Shown here: positions 50,131 to 64,000 of the stretch, piece by piece
Numbering within the stretch: position 1 is the first letter of the stretch
Layout of the letters: each line of letters opens with the position of its first letter
Source of the DNA: Camelus ferus
Taxonomy: Eukaryota
Length of the DNA: 64,000 nt
Reading direction: 5' to 3'
Assembly (NCBI RefSeq): GCF_009834535.1
Contig: NC_045702.1
Span: 15,810,001 to 15,874,000, forward strand
Made by a program: the position numbers and the translations under genes
The notes under the pieces: model-generated
Seen by the model: the letters and a program-made list of their open reading frames with translations, nothing else
The model's database searches: none
Told to the model about the DNA's origin: nothing

Positions 50131-51149
50131 TAAAACTTTTTAAAAACTCATGAGGGAAATGCCTGTCTCTAGGAACTTGTTGGTCTCACCCACACATGCA
50201 TAGTTTGCTGTTTTATTTATCTTTTTTGAAAGTCATGTTTTTCTATTATAGGGCATATATATAATGTTATATGTATGCCATATTTTCCTGGCAGTCTTCT
50301 CTAAATATAGTAGTCGATCATGGAATCATGAATTTTTCAGGCTGAATGCATCCTTTAAGACCTTGGCAATCCCCTTACATTGCAAATGAGGCTCAGAGTT
50401 TAAGCTGACTTGCTCAAAATAGCACCCGGGGCAGAGCCAGCCTAGAATGGCAGGTTTATAAGTTCTCAGTGATTGAATGCTCTTTACCCCACACCGTGTT
50501 TAGTCAAATCAGTCCATTTCATGAAGACTGCTGGTAAAGAAATTGCACTGAAAAACATGCTAAGTTATGCTATATTGAGGTGAGTTGAAAGCACACGCTA
50601 AACTCTGTGTTACTGAAACCCATGCAAAGGCACGCTTATTGAGCTGGGAGGCCCCGCCGGCCACACGGGACAGTTCACAGCTGCAGGCCTGGGCGCTTGG
50701 AAAACAAAACGTCCTCTGAGGGCTGGCCTGGGAAACCCAGGCGACAGCAGCGTCAAAAATCCCTGAAGCGCTTCAATCCAAACAGAACCATCACTTTTGT
50801 TTTTCTGCTAAACTGTGTAGTTTTCAAAGCATGATGAGTCACCTCAACTCTGGATATTAAGTCTACTTAATAAAAAACAAAAGCAGTCAGATAATTAAAC
50901 CAAATCCAATTTGGTAAATCTTCAGCAACTTTCATCCCTCTTCTAGTTCTCAGGTTTGTCCTAAGGAGGATTTTAGTGCCATTATTAAAACCATCCTTCC
51001 CCCTTTCCTCACTTTTCATTTCTCTCTCTCTGGTTTAAAAAAAGAGTCTCTCCTCTTTCTCCAACCCCAAGTGTATACTAGCACCTCCTACCAGGTTTCT
51101 CTCTCCTCCAACTGGTACTGGTTTCATTATCAAATGCCAAGTAGATAAG

Positions 51150-52420
51150 AAATACTATTTATAAAGATATATCTATCAGGTTGCAGATAATAATATAAAG
51201 AACACCTGAGCTCCCATCACCCAGTTTAAGAAAAAAGACTATTACCCAGACCCCTGGCATCCCCCGTGCACCCCCTCCCATGGTTTCCCTTCCCGCTGAG
51301 GGAACCACGGTTTGGGATTGTACGTCCCTCATAGCCATGCTTTTCTTTGCAGTCTTGCCACTGGTATATATCCCTCCAGAGTCTCTTCTTCAGCTTTGTA
51401 TGCTGTCAATCTTCATCCAGATGGAATTGATACTATATCTATTCTACTGCAACTTATTTTCTTCACTCCATACTGTTTGGCACCCATGAGCAGTTTTTTT
51501 TTTTTTTTTTGCATGAAGCTGTCATTCATTCATTTTCACTTCAACATGAATTCCATCATAGAAATTATACCAAAAGTTACTTATCTATTGTTGATGGACA
51601 GTTGGACTGTTGCCAATTTTTATTATTACAGACATTTCTGATACTAATTTTCTTACCTATCGCCTGGTACACATGTATATAAACAAAGTATCATGTGCGT
51701 GTGTGTACATGTGCATTTATGTGTGTATATGTGCATGTGTTCACGTGTTGGTATGTGTGCACGTGTGTGCGTGTACATGTGTACATGTGTGTGCGCCTCT
51801 GGGGTGTGTGTGGGGGTGTGTATTAATGTCTTGCGCACATGTGTGTGTATGCACACATGAGAATTGCTGGGTCAGAGGATATGTTCATCTTGAACTTTCC
51901 TAAATAACACCAAGCAGTCTTTCAAAGGAGTTGTATCAATTTATCCTCCCACCCCTGACTGCTGCAAAGCCTCACCAACACCTAGATACTCCTAGACTTT
52001 CACATTTTTACTAAACTGGCTGGTAAGAAACCTTATGGTTTAATCTGCATTCCCCTGATTGTAACAGACCTTCTGCTGGCCACTCATGTTACCTCTTTGA
52101 GTGTCTTCAGTTCTACTGCCCATCTTGCTATTGGGGTGTCTTTTTCCTTCTGACTCAAAGGCATGCTTGATAGGTTTTGGAGACTATTTCTGTGTCAGTT
52201 ATAACTTCTCCCAGTGTGTGACTTGTTGGGTTCTCTTGATGTGGTCTCTTGACGAACAGAAGTTCTCAGTTTTAATGTGGTCAAATTTATCCATCTTTTC
52301 TGTTCATCGTCTGAGATTTATTTGTGTGTGTGTGTCTTAAGATGGAAGGTTTAAGAAATTTTTCCCTACACTAAAAGGCATCATGATACTCTTCTATATT
52401 GTCTCCTGAAAGTTTTAAGG
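51150..52420 (-). mobile_element. Ancient L1ME-type fragment with an embedded TG/CA low-complexity block (about 51690-51860)
   Basis: ttgatggaca...gttggactgttgcc, atttatcctccc, ttaatctgcattcccctgatt are reverse L1 motifs. Confidence 0.6.
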
Positions 52421-53079
52421 TTTTCTCTCTCTCATTTCAAATCAAATGTGCCTAGAGGCATAAGGGGTGTGCATGCACACATGTGTGTGTGTGTGCATAT
52501 GTGTACTGCTCCTTCAGAGGGTAGGTCGTGCTACAAAAATTTGCCAGCTGACCCTGGCAGCATGCTCCATGAAGGGTCCATCCACTCTCTGGTATAAGTT
52601 CCTTTCTTCATCTTGGATGGAAACAAGAGTCTGCAGGTCAGCTCGTGCGCGGTCCTGTGTGGGCACAGGATGTGGGATCTGCATGAGGCCCAGGTGGGCA
52701 GAGTGGGGGGGGGCAGTACTGCTAATGCAGGCCACTGAAGAACACAGAGAAGACCAGTAAGTCTGGGCAGGAAGGGACGAAAAGAGAAAGCGCCCCAAGA
52801 AGGGGTTACAGGAAGGTAGGGGGTCAGAACATGCAAGGCTTGGAAGCCACGATGCTGAGGATAATGAACAATACCATAAACTCAAGGGAAAGCCATCGAA
52901 GGCATTTAAAAGCATGAGAATGATACAATCAGAATAATGATCTGTTTAAAAGTCCCTTCTACTGCAGTGTGAAGAACAGGTTAACCGGGGGCCAGAGGAG
53001 ATGCAGAGAGGTCAGTTATGTGGTCATAGCAGCTGAAGCGTGAGGTGATGGTGGCTTAGACTGAGTGGCTGTTTTAGAG

Positions 53080-53234
53080 CTGCATTACTCAGACTGTGGG
53101 CTGCAGACCATCAGCATCGCCTGGAGTGTTTAGACGCACAGCATCGCAGGCCCATCGAGGGCCCATTGAAGCAACACTGCTTTTGACAAGAGCTTCAGGT
53201 GCTTCGTGTGCCCATTAAAGTTTGGGAGGCACTA
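53080..53234 (+). mobile_element. MER5A-like hAT relic
   Basis: catcagcatcgcctgg ... caggtg ... taaagtttgggaggcact. Confidence 0.6.
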
Positions 53235-53739
53235 GCCTGAGATTTGTTTTAAAGAAATCCACGTGGAGAGATCAAGTTTTCAAGCAGATATCTGAACCTG
53301 GAGATAAACCTGAAAAAGTTAAGAAGGCAAAGCCTGGGGGGCAGGGGCAAACTGCAACCATGGGATGAGATGACACGCAAACAGCAAAGGTGTTCAGGAG
53401 CCAGGTAGGGGCCACCTGTGTGGAATGACCCTGAGAGGTCAAGAAAAAGAAGCACCTGCTACATGTGATGGCAGGTTTCTTTGGCCTTGTGGTGGCAGAA
53501 GCCAGGTGGCCACAGGTTGAAGAGTGAATGACAGGTGAAGCAAAAGGGTTATGTGTAGACAACTTTTCGAGCAGGTTAGCTGTGCAGGGCGGGGGACAGA
53601 TGAGACGGCAACTTGGAAGGGGCCAGGGAAGGTTGTGGCTGTCAGACAAGAGATAAGAATCACCAAGGAGCTCATTAAAGATGCTTCAAAAAATGTAAAG
53701 CGTAAATCTAAACAAGAGAAAACACCAGGCAACCCAGAG

Positions 53740-54080
53740 ACATTCTAAAAAACACCTGACCCTTCAAAGATCTCAAGGTCATAAGAGACAAGGGAAGACG
53801 GGGGAACTGTCACCACCTAGAGAAGACTAACGAGGGGTGACACCCAAGTGCACTGCGGGGTTCTGGACGGGGTTCCAGGGCAGAAAAGGTGGGAAAGAAG
53901 TGGTGAAATCCTGTAAAGTCTATAGTCTAGTTAACAATATTGTCCTAAAGTTAATTTCCTCATTTTAATAACTCTACTTTGTAAGATGTTAATATTAGGG
54001 GCAGCTGAGTAACAGGTATCTGAGAACTTAGGGCTAATTTTGCAACTTTGCTAGATGTCTGAAACACTTTCCAAATGAAA
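53740..54080 (+). mobile_element. Ancient L1MC4/ME 3' fragment
   Basis: gtgaaatcctgtaaagtctatagtctagttaacaatattg...ttaatattaggggcagctgagt. Confidence 0.55.
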
Positions 54081-54855
54081 ACTAAAATAACGCAGGTTTT
54101 CATCCAGCAGGTTGGGCCTGGGGCTCAGGAATCGGTGCGGGCGTTTGTGTTTGCCACTGGTCCTGTTTCTGTGGAATCCATGTTTCGAACAACACCATGA
54201 GGACCTCTCACACAAGTCCAAGGACCTTTCTTTGAAAAGTGCTGCACTGGGAGCTGTGCTGATGGAACCATCCAGAAGAAAGAAAGAAGTGGAAGATGCC
54301 CAGGCTGAGTGCTGAGCCCAGGCGGCCAGGAAGGAGGCAGGAATCGGGACCCAGAGGGGAAGTGGCCTTTGATCCTTGCCTGGAGGAGAGGCTGGGAGGC
54401 CGAGGGCAGACGGGACAAGTTGCACAGACTTGCTGGGCGAACTTGAGGGAATTCTGGTCCGGGGTGGGGACAGCAGTGTGACCAGGACAGTGGAAAAGCA
54501 GACAGGGAGAGGGCGCTGCCTACAGACATGAAACGAGACAACGGCCAGGCTCCACAGTCTGAAACAGGAGAGCCGGCTTCCCACGCCCCATGGGAGGAAA
54601 ATCTGCTGCTCCCAAATCAGCGTTTAAGCGACAGTTGGATACGGGGACTCAGCCAAAGAACAATCACTGATGAGTTCTCTGCACAGAAAAGAATCAAGCT
54701 TGGGGAGAATGACATGTACCTGAGGGCCTACCCCCAATTACTTTAAGACCACAGCACTAAGTAAAACCACCTAGAAAGCCTCCTTTGACATCCTTTGTTT
54801 CTCAGCTTGTATAAAGTCACAACATTAAACTGTCTGGATTGCCATATTTCACAAC

Positions 54856-55232
54856 TGTCATGAACTGACTTGGGCTGCCCAAAATTTGTAGGTTGAAGTT
54901 CTAACCCCGACTGTGACTGTCTGGAGACGGGGCCTTTAAGGAGGTAATTAAGGTTAAATGCGGTCATGAGGGTGGGGCCCTGATCCAACAGGACTGGCCT
55001 CCTCATAAGAGAGAGGCCCCAGAGCCCACTGGCCCTGAGTGCACCTGCTTGGAGAAAATGCCACGTGAGAACACAGAGAAGACACCACCGTAACCCAGGA
55101 GAGGAGCCTCACCAGAAACCAACCCCACTGGCACTTTGATCATGGGCCTCCTGCCTTCAGAACTGTAAGAAAATAAATGTCTGTTGTCTACGTCTGCAGC
55201 GTTTTGTTACGGCGGCTCGAGAGGCTAAGATA
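54856..55232 (+). mobile_element. MLT1A-like MaLR solo LTR
   Basis: ggggcctttaaggaggtaattaaggttaaatg...ccttcagaactgtaagaaaATAAAtgtctgttgt; 5-bp flanks acaac/acatc. Confidence 0.8.
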
Positions 55233-55909
55233 ACATCCTTCATTCCTGATTCAAGCAAGAGGCTCTGTGATGAAATAGAGATGACCAGAAACGAGAGCCT
55301 GCGGGCCTCGGGACTGGCCCTGGTCCACAAGTTCCCTAACCGCCAACCCTGAGTAACTCACATCACGCTCCTGGGTCTCAGCCCACTCTTCTGCTAATAA
55401 GATAAAGGGCTCCTGAAAATTACTACCTGAAAAATGAGCATTAGGGCGTTGACCGCCTGTGTACAGGCCCGACACACGACCCTGTGCTAACTTCTGCTGT
55501 AAGGGTTTCTCGGTCACGGTTCTCTGCTGTTTGTGTGCAAACAACTCTGGCTACGGAAGCAGGAGGGTGTTCAATGGGAGGACACCTGAAGGTCCAAGAA
55601 CGGACAAGGTTGCCCAGGTTCAGAACACAGTTGAGAGCCAAGGGAGACTGGGCAGCGGAGAAGCCCGCTGGGGTCTCTGCAGAGAGTGTTCACCCCTGGC
55701 GCCGAGCTCAACTGGCCACCGGGCCCCCAGGCCTCTGCTTCCAGGCATCACTCCCTCAGAGTTCCAAGCCCAGCCGGGAGCGTCCCACTAGGCACGCTGA
55801 GGTCACACCCCACGCTGCCTCGTCAACTCTGCGGCCCTCTGACCCTCCCATGATACGGCTTCCCCAGAAGGGGAAGGAGCTGTCCCCCAGTGACAAGTGG
55901 CCCCTACAC

Positions 55910-55925
55910 GGGGGGGGGGGGGGGG
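55910..55925 (+). repeat. G16 homopolymer
   Basis: Direct count. Confidence 0.9.
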
Positions 55926-58469
55926 AGCTTCAGTTTGAGCTGGAAAAACCCAAGCTAATAAAAAGCATGGCCCTTCGGCACTGGTCTAATGCAATCCCAG
56001 TCAGAGAGGGGAACAACAGCTCCAGAACATTCCACAGGTAACAGAACTGGGTCCTGTTCTCTACCAAACTTGATCAGTTCCCCTGAAGAAATCTCCTGCA
56101 ACTGGCCACACCTTCTCCTTCCATTTCCTCCTCCAGAGACGAGGACACAAATAACAATTAGCGACTGAAACATGAAGAGAACTAATGAGCAACTTCAGCA
56201 AACAGCAGTCTCAACCAAACAATACTGAAGTAATGGTACCACTAAGCTTTTTCAAAATTCATATTATTATAATTAAAACCCCAGGATAGGCTTCACACTG
56301 GCATTTGGGACTCTCTCTCTTGGCACGATTTTCTCATTCGAGGAGGCAAAGTTATTAAAACGTTGGTTTAATTCAAAGCACGTTACAAGAGTATTTATTG
56401 GAAGATGGTCTGTTCCACTTTGTTTTGCTTTATTCTCTCCTAAACAAAGTGCAATCCTCTTTTACCAACCTGGAAAGCGAAGCTGTCAGCACTTTAAGTA
56501 ACCAAAACAAACTCAACCAAATACTCAATTCACGAAGAACAAAGGCAAAAAAAACTCTCAGTCAGCCATCTGTTTCTCAAATAATTTAATTCAAACACAG
56601 TCCCAGAACAACACGGAAAAGGACCCCATCAGCTTCAAGATAATCTCCTGTCTCCGATTTCGCTCCGCACTGGAAGGCACACGACACCCCATGACTCAGC
56701 GTGATGAGGATTTCGCCCCTGAACCCAGGAGCCTGAGGCCACTGGTTTCCACACAAACACACCAGCCCCGAACAGAGTGACAAGGGGACATCACTGCTGC
56801 ATGGGTGGTTTTCACCCCAACCAACAGTCAACAGCTTAGGCTTCAGGCTCAATTCATCTCTAAATTAAGCTTTTCTATCAAGGGAGCAGAAGGCTTCAAA
56901 GGGGTGGGGGGCCATCCCAGCTGGAAACGGCAGCGTGGACAAAGGCTCCAAGTCTGGACAATACGGGATGTGTTTGCGTAACAAACAGTAGTGGCTCCAT
57001 TGAGCTGGAGAGAATACTAGAAAAGTTGGCTGAGGAGCGTGAGAATGTCAGTAAACAATGGGGAGCCACTGGGTATTTCAAGCAAAGTGGCCCTTTATTT
57101 TCAAACTAAAGTTACAGTGCAGAAGAATCAAGCTGGCAGAGTAGAGAGAAACTTGAAACACACACAGGTATGGTCGACGGGGCAAGGAGTGAGGAGGGTG
57201 TGATCACATGGGAACAGAAAAGAAGTTGCAGGCGAGACTGCGCAGAAGTCCAGTGATAAGATGAGCCACTGCTGGAGTGGCTGGAGAAAGACAGAAAAAG
57301 TCCAGGTGGTTCTGAGTCACAGACTCAACTGCCCACTATGGACAATTCTATTTGGGTATCTAACAGGCCCCTAAAAAAAAAAAAAAAAACCTGATCCTCC
57401 CTCTTTATGCCAGTTACTAACTCATTCTCACAGTCAAGTTCTTCTAGTTAACTCTGAAATCCTTTCATTCCCGCCGCCACTACTTAAATAATTTGGGCCC
57501 TCAGCGTTGCTTGCTCAGAACTCTGCCCGGCTCAGCTGCTGTGAGGAGCTGGGCTTTCCAAGCTACTGGAGAGCACAGGAGGCAGAGATGTTCTGAGACC
57601 CTGGACACCAATCCTGCTTTCTTGCTCACCCTGTGTTTGGTTCAAGAACCTGGAGAACCCAGAGCATCCTTAAACAGTCCTTCCAATGGCAAAAAAGAGA
57701 CCACTTTGATAACTGCTTGCCGAGTGGTGTCGTACACCCTGAGTACAAAGGGTGGTGGCCCCGTAAGGCCCAAGCACCTCCAACATGACAATTTTCTATT
57801 TGTGCACAGTGTCCCGAGAGCTGTGTGACTCCCCACTCCCATGCCTAGGGCTCTAGGGCCCAGAGAAGCTTGCTAGGAAATGCGGTAGCCACCCCTGCCT
57901 GATCAGAAGTGTGTTCTTGACCACAGAGATCAGCGGGGCTGTGGTCTCTCCCCACCAGCCATGACCCACCCTAAACCCTGAAGCCTCTTTGAGTGCCTCC
58001 AACTCCTCTGGAGTTTTCTAACATGCAGATCTGATCAATCCATTTCTGCATTTCTGAGATCTATCTAAAGGAAGAAGAGAAATCATCTTTCCATGTCATC
58101 CCAGTCTTAAGATCCTCCAAGGGTTCGTAACAGCCTTCAGAATCCAAAGTCCTCAGCTGCGACACAAGGGCCCTCATCTTCCAGTCACTGCCTGTCCTGC
58201 TGGTGCCACCTCCCCCATAACCAGCCCACACTCCCACATCTCAACAGCTTCTCTGACCACCATGCTTTTGGAAAGGCTGTTTCCTCTTCCAGAAATACCC
58301 ATCCCTCCCCTTCTCTCCCTAACTCCTACCACACCCCCAGACTTCCCTTTTCCCTCATCCCGAGAACGCCATGTGTGCTTTTCTCATGAAACTCCTTAAA
58401 TTGTAATGTTTGGCTTGCTCATCTTCCCCCGATCTGCCAGTCTGTCTCCCAAGTCGAGCCCAAAATCTG

Positions 58470-59000
58470 ACATGTTCATTCATTCATCAATCATTCATTC
58501 ATACATTTAACAAGTGTCTACAGATCATGTGAGCTACGTGCAGGGTACGAAGTGTCAACCGAGGCAGAGAAGTCTCCCGCTCGTGGACAGAGGAGACAGA
58601 CAATGATTATAAACTGAGAAGGCAGCAAGGAAGTGAGCAAGGTGCTGTGACTGAGAATGACGGGCAGAGAAGGTCAAGAAAGGTGATCTGAGGAGGTAAA
58701 GTCTGAGCCAAGCCCCGAAGGACAAGAAACCCGGAGAAAAGGAGCGGGAGACTGCTCTGGGCAGAGGGTCTGCAGCAGGAAAGATCTTGAGAGATGTGAC
58801 AAAAGCTGGTGTGAATGGTTGCACAGCCAGCAAGAGGAGCCTGGCAGGGGCAAGCCTGGCGTGGAAGGCAGGGAACCATGGCCGGGTGGGTAGAAGTGCG
58901 ATTCTAGTGTCCAAGAGCATAATTTGGGCCAACGATACAGATTTGGTGATTATCTTTTAGAAAGATGATAATTGAAGTCAAATGACTCCATAAAGGCAGA
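58470..59000 (-). mobile_element. L2 fragment
   Basis: (cattcatt)n tail followed by a purine-rich reverse L2 body. Confidence 0.55.
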
Positions 59001-59479
59001 GAGTGAGAAAAAAAGTGTGATTCCCACACTCTGCCATGCTATGCTCATTTAAGGGGTGGCAGGAGAATTCTACAGCAGTCAGAAGGGACCACCTTCAGCA
59101 AACACACCAAATAGAGGGCTATTTACGCACACGTCTGCAATCCAGTGCAGTCAGGCACGCAGATTATTCTCATCCTTACTTAATTTATTTCCATTCACTG
59201 GCAACTTTCCCCAAACCCCCTCTCTCGCCTGTTTTATTGGTATGAAGAGCCTACTGATTAGCAATTACCCATAACGTTAACTCTCTAAGCATCTATAATT
59301 ATGACTTCTCTTGGTTTATTTGAGGGCTCCTTGGGACTTCAGGATGAGGAATAGCATGAAGTTAATGTAAATACTAATTTGCCAAGAAACTAACCAGACC
59401 AAATATGCAGAGAAGCCAAAAGGCAATTTTCCAAAACTGAGGTTCTACCAGCCTGGAGAGTTCTATATTTGTTTTTTGC

Positions 59480-60330
59480 TGTTTAAAGTGTTTAAATGCC
59501 ACCAGTAAACCAGTTTTGACATTTTCAACTTCCTATTATGAAATTTTGAGGCACACACAAAAGCTGAAAGACTAGAACCCATTAACCAGCGTCAGCACCA
59601 ACTTTCTGACATGCTCACCACGTCTATCCCCCCGAACTTATTTTTTTAATGGAAGTAAAGCAAATCCCAGGCACCATTTATTTCACTAATAAATATTTCA
59701 GTATCTCTGAGAAGGGCTTTTAAAAAATCATAACCACGATAGTGATCACAGCCAACAAAATTAAAGGCAATTCCCAGCATCACCTACTTATCCATTCCAC
59801 TCACAGTTTGCCTGGATGGCCTCAAACTATTTTTGTGTAATTGCTTTTTGCAAATCAGGATCCAAAACACGTGCACACATTGGTTTAGTGGATGTGTCTC
59901 CCAAGTCTCTTTTTCTAGGTAACGGTTTTCCCCTCCTTTCTTTTTTTAAGCTCGCCTTATTTGTCAAAGAAAAGGGTCGTTTGTCCCAGTAGACAGCCCA
60001 TATTCTATATTTGGCTGACTGTCTTCTCATGGTGTCATCTAACATGTTCTTCCACCCTCAAATTTTCTATAAACTAGGTGTCACATCAAGAGGCTTTATT
60101 GGATTCAGGATCAATGTGTTTGGCAAGAATACTTTCCAGATGGTCCTCTGTACTTATCACTACACCACGGCAGGAGGTGCCTGACACCTGGCTGTCCCGC
60201 ATTAGTGATACAAACATCAGTCCAGCTTTCGGTGGTGGCAGCCTGCTCTGCCCATTATAAGGCTCCCTGTCAACTTCCCACCTAACAGTGAAGCAGTCAA
60301 GATGACTACTACTTACATCCATTATTTCAT
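59480..60330 (-). mobile_element. Ancient L1ME-type 3' fragment
   Basis: aaatatttcagtatctct, caaatcaggatcca, cacattggtttagtggatgtgtctc. Confidence 0.5.
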
Positions 60331-62299
60331 TAGGGAGGTTGGGTTTTTAACGCCTGCCTTAATGAAAGATACTCCTACCGCTCAGAGATATAATTACAGA
60401 AAGAATAATAATTATTTGGTTTCTGAAACAATAACATATTTGTGTGTGTTTGAGACCATGTCTTAAGTCACCTAATTAGTAATTCAATACAAAGATGCTG
60501 ATTTCTAGACTGTTCTTTTGAAAGACTACAGATAAATTACTGACTGCAGTAAAGCTCTATGTGTCTCTTTCTCTCTGAAATTCAAAATTCCAAAAAGACA
60601 GTGAATAAAGGAAATATTGGGAAGTATGAGAGAGGAGGAGAGGAGGAAACAGAAATGTCAAGAATATTTCCAAAGCAGTATATTTATTTCAGTCCTTTTC
60701 CAAAGGAGAGATTAATGAAGTACTAAAATAACCTTAAAACACAACGTTAAACAGTTTCAATTTCCACTTCTTCCCAAAGCCCTGAACCAGAGTTTCTACA
60801 AAATAGCCAAAAACAATCTGAATCTTTTCCTTCCCTATCCCATATTCAGGCAGGTGTTAATAAACAGTGTAACACCTGTGTGGACAGAAGCAAGAATCCT
60901 CCCCACCTCCAAATCTGGAGGTGAGATTTAATACCTAATTCGGTCTGCAGAATCATTTCACGACCCTGAGAAAGCCTCTGTTAACAGCCATGCCTCCCAG
61001 GATGCCTGTGTTTCCCTTCAGCCTCAGGGAGACTGCAGATCACTCAGCTTCACCAGCTCCAGGGATGACGATGAAGGAGACTGAAGTGCGCCAGGGGTGG
61101 GAGGCACGTGGATGAGAAAATGTTTAAAATGTTGCAATGACTGCCACTGAGTTGTATACTTAAAAACTATTAAAATGGTAACTTTTCTGTATATTTTACC
61201 ACAATAAAAAAAAATGTTGCAATGATCAACTGCCAGGCTGACAGGCTCTGGTCAACAATAACCACCCTTCTGTGCCAGGCAGGAGGATCCATTACCTTTC
61301 TCACTTTATTAGTGAAGAAACTGAGATTCCAAAGATGAAGCAACTTGTTCAACGGCCCACAATTAGGATCTGTCCGTCTGCCGCCAAACCCCTTGCTCTC
61401 TCCACAACACCATGCTGCCTCTCTAGGGTGATGTGTCTCGAACTGCACCCGGGAATTTTCAAGGGACATTTCTAGATTATTGGTCTTGAATAGCTATGCA
61501 TCAAAATCTTCACAATTATACAGCAAACAATAATTTTATATATTAAAAACAGCTGCCCAATTTGAAAAGAACACTCTGCTCAATGCATCCCAATGCAGCC
61601 TTATCAATCTGGGGGGTGGGGGGGGCGTTGAACAATAGTTAAAGGAACAAAACAGTAAAAATAAAGTATCGACACTACATCCATGGGGGCGCAAAGCTAG
61701 CTCCTGGATCAGCCCTGCCTCAGGACCACACATGGGTGCTGCCACGGGAGGGACCCTGTAACTGGTCACGGTTGCTTACGTCCATGGGAACCTTCCCGGG
61801 ATGGGCTTCCCAGGCCTTGGGCTGGTAACACATTGACACCCCACCCCCACCCCCACCAACCTGCCAGGGCAAGCTGGAGGTCAGGCTAGAAGCAGGAAAA
61901 CTCACGTGAGGAACACAGAGGACCACCACCCCCAGCAACCTAGAAACAAACAGTTCCCCCACACAGCAGATGGGCAATTACAACGTGTCCCTCCAGGTTG
62001 CCTGTCCTCAACGCTGAGGAAGCTAAGGCTGCTGCTAGACCCATAAGAAAGAAGCGGGGATATAATGGCAGATCTCCTCGTTTGTGTTGTGAGGACAATG
62101 GCTCCACAGTGCTCACTCTGTGCCCCGATGCTTTACGGGTGCCCCCTTGGTTCTCCTAAAGCCCCATGGAGAAGGTTCTGTTAGCAATGCCACTTCACCA
62201 ACAAGGAAGTCAGGCATGGAGAGTTCTAGTTTGCCCAAAGCCTGGCAAGAGTCAGGACTAGCACCCTGGTCTCTCTGCCTCCAGTATCTGCAATCTCAG

Positions 62300-63065
62300 T
62301 CACAACATAAAAACTGTTAACATAAAAGCAATACAGTCGCCAACTAGCACATGAAAAGATGCTCAAAGGCATTTGGTCATTAGGAAAATGCAAATCAAAA
62401 CCACAATGAGATAGCAATTCACATCCACTGGGATGGCCACAAAAAAGAAAAGAAAGAAAAGAAAAAAAAAGTGTTGGGGAGGATGCAGAGTAACTAGAAT
62501 CCTTATACACTGCTGGTGCATCCGCTGTGGAAGAGTTTTGCAGTTAAACATAGAATTACCACATGACCCAGTAATTCTACTCCTAGGTATACACTTAAAA
62601 GAACTGGAAACAGGTGTTCAAACAAAACCTTACAGGAATGTTCATAGCAGCACTACNNNNNNNNNNNNNNNNNNNNNNNNNNNNNNNNNNNNNNNNNNNN
62701 NNNNNNNNNNNNNNNNNNNNNNNNNNNNNNNNNNNNNNNNNNNNNNNNNNNNNNNNNNNNNNNNNNNNNNNNNNNNNNNNNNNNNTCAACACAGCTGACC
62801 CTTGAAAATGTTATGGTAAGTGCAAGCAGTCAGGCACACCCACAAAAACACATTTTGTATGATTGCATTTAGGTCGAATATCCAGAACTGGCCAGTCCAT
62901 AGAGACAGAAAGCAGATTAGTGGCTGCCAGGGGCGGGGGGAGCAGCAACGGAACGAGACAGTGATGACGGTTGCACACAACATTGCGAATGAACTTAACA
63001 CCACTGCACTCTTTCAAATAGTTAAAGTGGTAATTCCAGGTTCTGTGTATTTTACTACATTTTTA
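62300..63065 (+). mobile_element. L1MB-type ORF2 end and 3' UTR with N gap 62657-62785
   Basis: LNIELPHDPVILLLGIHLKELETG remnant; tagagacagaaagcagattagtggctgccaggg. Confidence 0.8.
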
Positions 63066-64000
63066 AAAGGCAACCAATTTCAGGGCTCAAAAACAAAAAC
63101 TCTTAGGTGCAAATTAAACATCCTTATCCCAACTTAACTTTGGTAAGCTCTCATTATCCTCAAGCTGTCTTTCCTTTCTCCCAGTGCAGTGTTTCCCAGA
63201 GTGGTCCTGCTCTCTGAGTCACCTAAGGACCTTTTTAAAATATAGATTTCCAGGCCCCTCACCACATAGCCCAAGGGGGCAGGACCGAGGAATGCAGTTT
63301 AACACATGCCCCAGTGCCTTAGCACCACCTCTGAGATTCCTCCCATCCCTGTCCTTCCAGGCAGTTAGCCAGTTGCTGGAGCTTCTCAAAAAGAAAAGTG
63401 TTAATCACCTCCTTTCCACCTGCTGACAGCTGCTGTCTGGGTACCACCACTGAGCTGTTAGCATCTGCTGTGTTTAGCTCTCAGCTGCATTTTCCAAGCC
63501 AAGCCCCTCCACCTGGCAGAAGCTGACCTTGGCTTCACTATTTGGGGTTCTATGCCTCCTCTGGTCCACAGAGGTCCATTCTGTTTTTGAGACTGATGAG
63601 ACTTTCTGGTTTTCTACCTACCAACTTTATGTATTTAAAGGCCTGTCCATATTTAAAGCATGAACTCACATGTGCCATCTTACTCAAAGACTCTGTTTGA
63701 TTTCTGATCATCCTCACTTTAAAACCAGATTGCTAACATGTTTTCTTCCAGGCATATTAAAATCCTTCAAAATACACCAATTTTAAAATAAGATTATAAA
63801 GGGTTTTATTTTATATATACATACATATATGGCAATTTCAAAACACATATTCACGGTCTAGGTCAACAGCAAGCTTGGCAAAGAATCTGTTGAAGCTGGA
63901 TCCCCCATCTCTGAGCTCACTAACCTCCCACCCCTTCTTTCTGTCCCTCCCGCAGCCTCTCTCCATCCTTTGCCAGCCTCGCCCCAGCCCTTATCTGCCT

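Noticed and set aside
45620-64000. KIAA1549 exon 1 or promoter
   Set aside because: No CpG island or signal-peptide exon was recognised. The stretch looks like TE-rich intron 1.

Overview
Mammalian genomic DNA, most likely camelid: it carries five copies of a camelid-type tRNA-derived SINE and young camelid-like L1 3' ends. The window lies almost entirely inside one minus-strand gene, KIAA1549 (UPF0606 family type-I membrane protein). I traced 15 consecutive coding exons, numbered 2-16 by analogy to human from memory, with GT-AG boundaries and mutually consistent phases, from the 2.67-kb Ser/Thr/Pro-rich exon 2 (42908-45578) down to exon 16 (850-1167). Exon 1 lies beyond the right edge and exons 17+ beyond the left edge. 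The rest is intron filled with L1, L2, MIR, LTR and hAT relics, microsatellites and seven N gaps, all inside L1 sequence. Main points for a second look: (1) a +1 frameshift near the 3' end of exon 2 in an otherwise intact gene (assembly error or real null allele); (2) a repeated two-exon (phase 1-0-1) SEA/dystroglycan-like module plus an acidic Ser-Gly motif, suggesting a proteoglycan-like architecture; (3) several unusual splice signals; (4) nested, chimeric and inverted retroelements. No prokaryotic features, CRISPR arrays or true RNA genes were found. Repeat family names and human comparisons come from recall, not from database searches.
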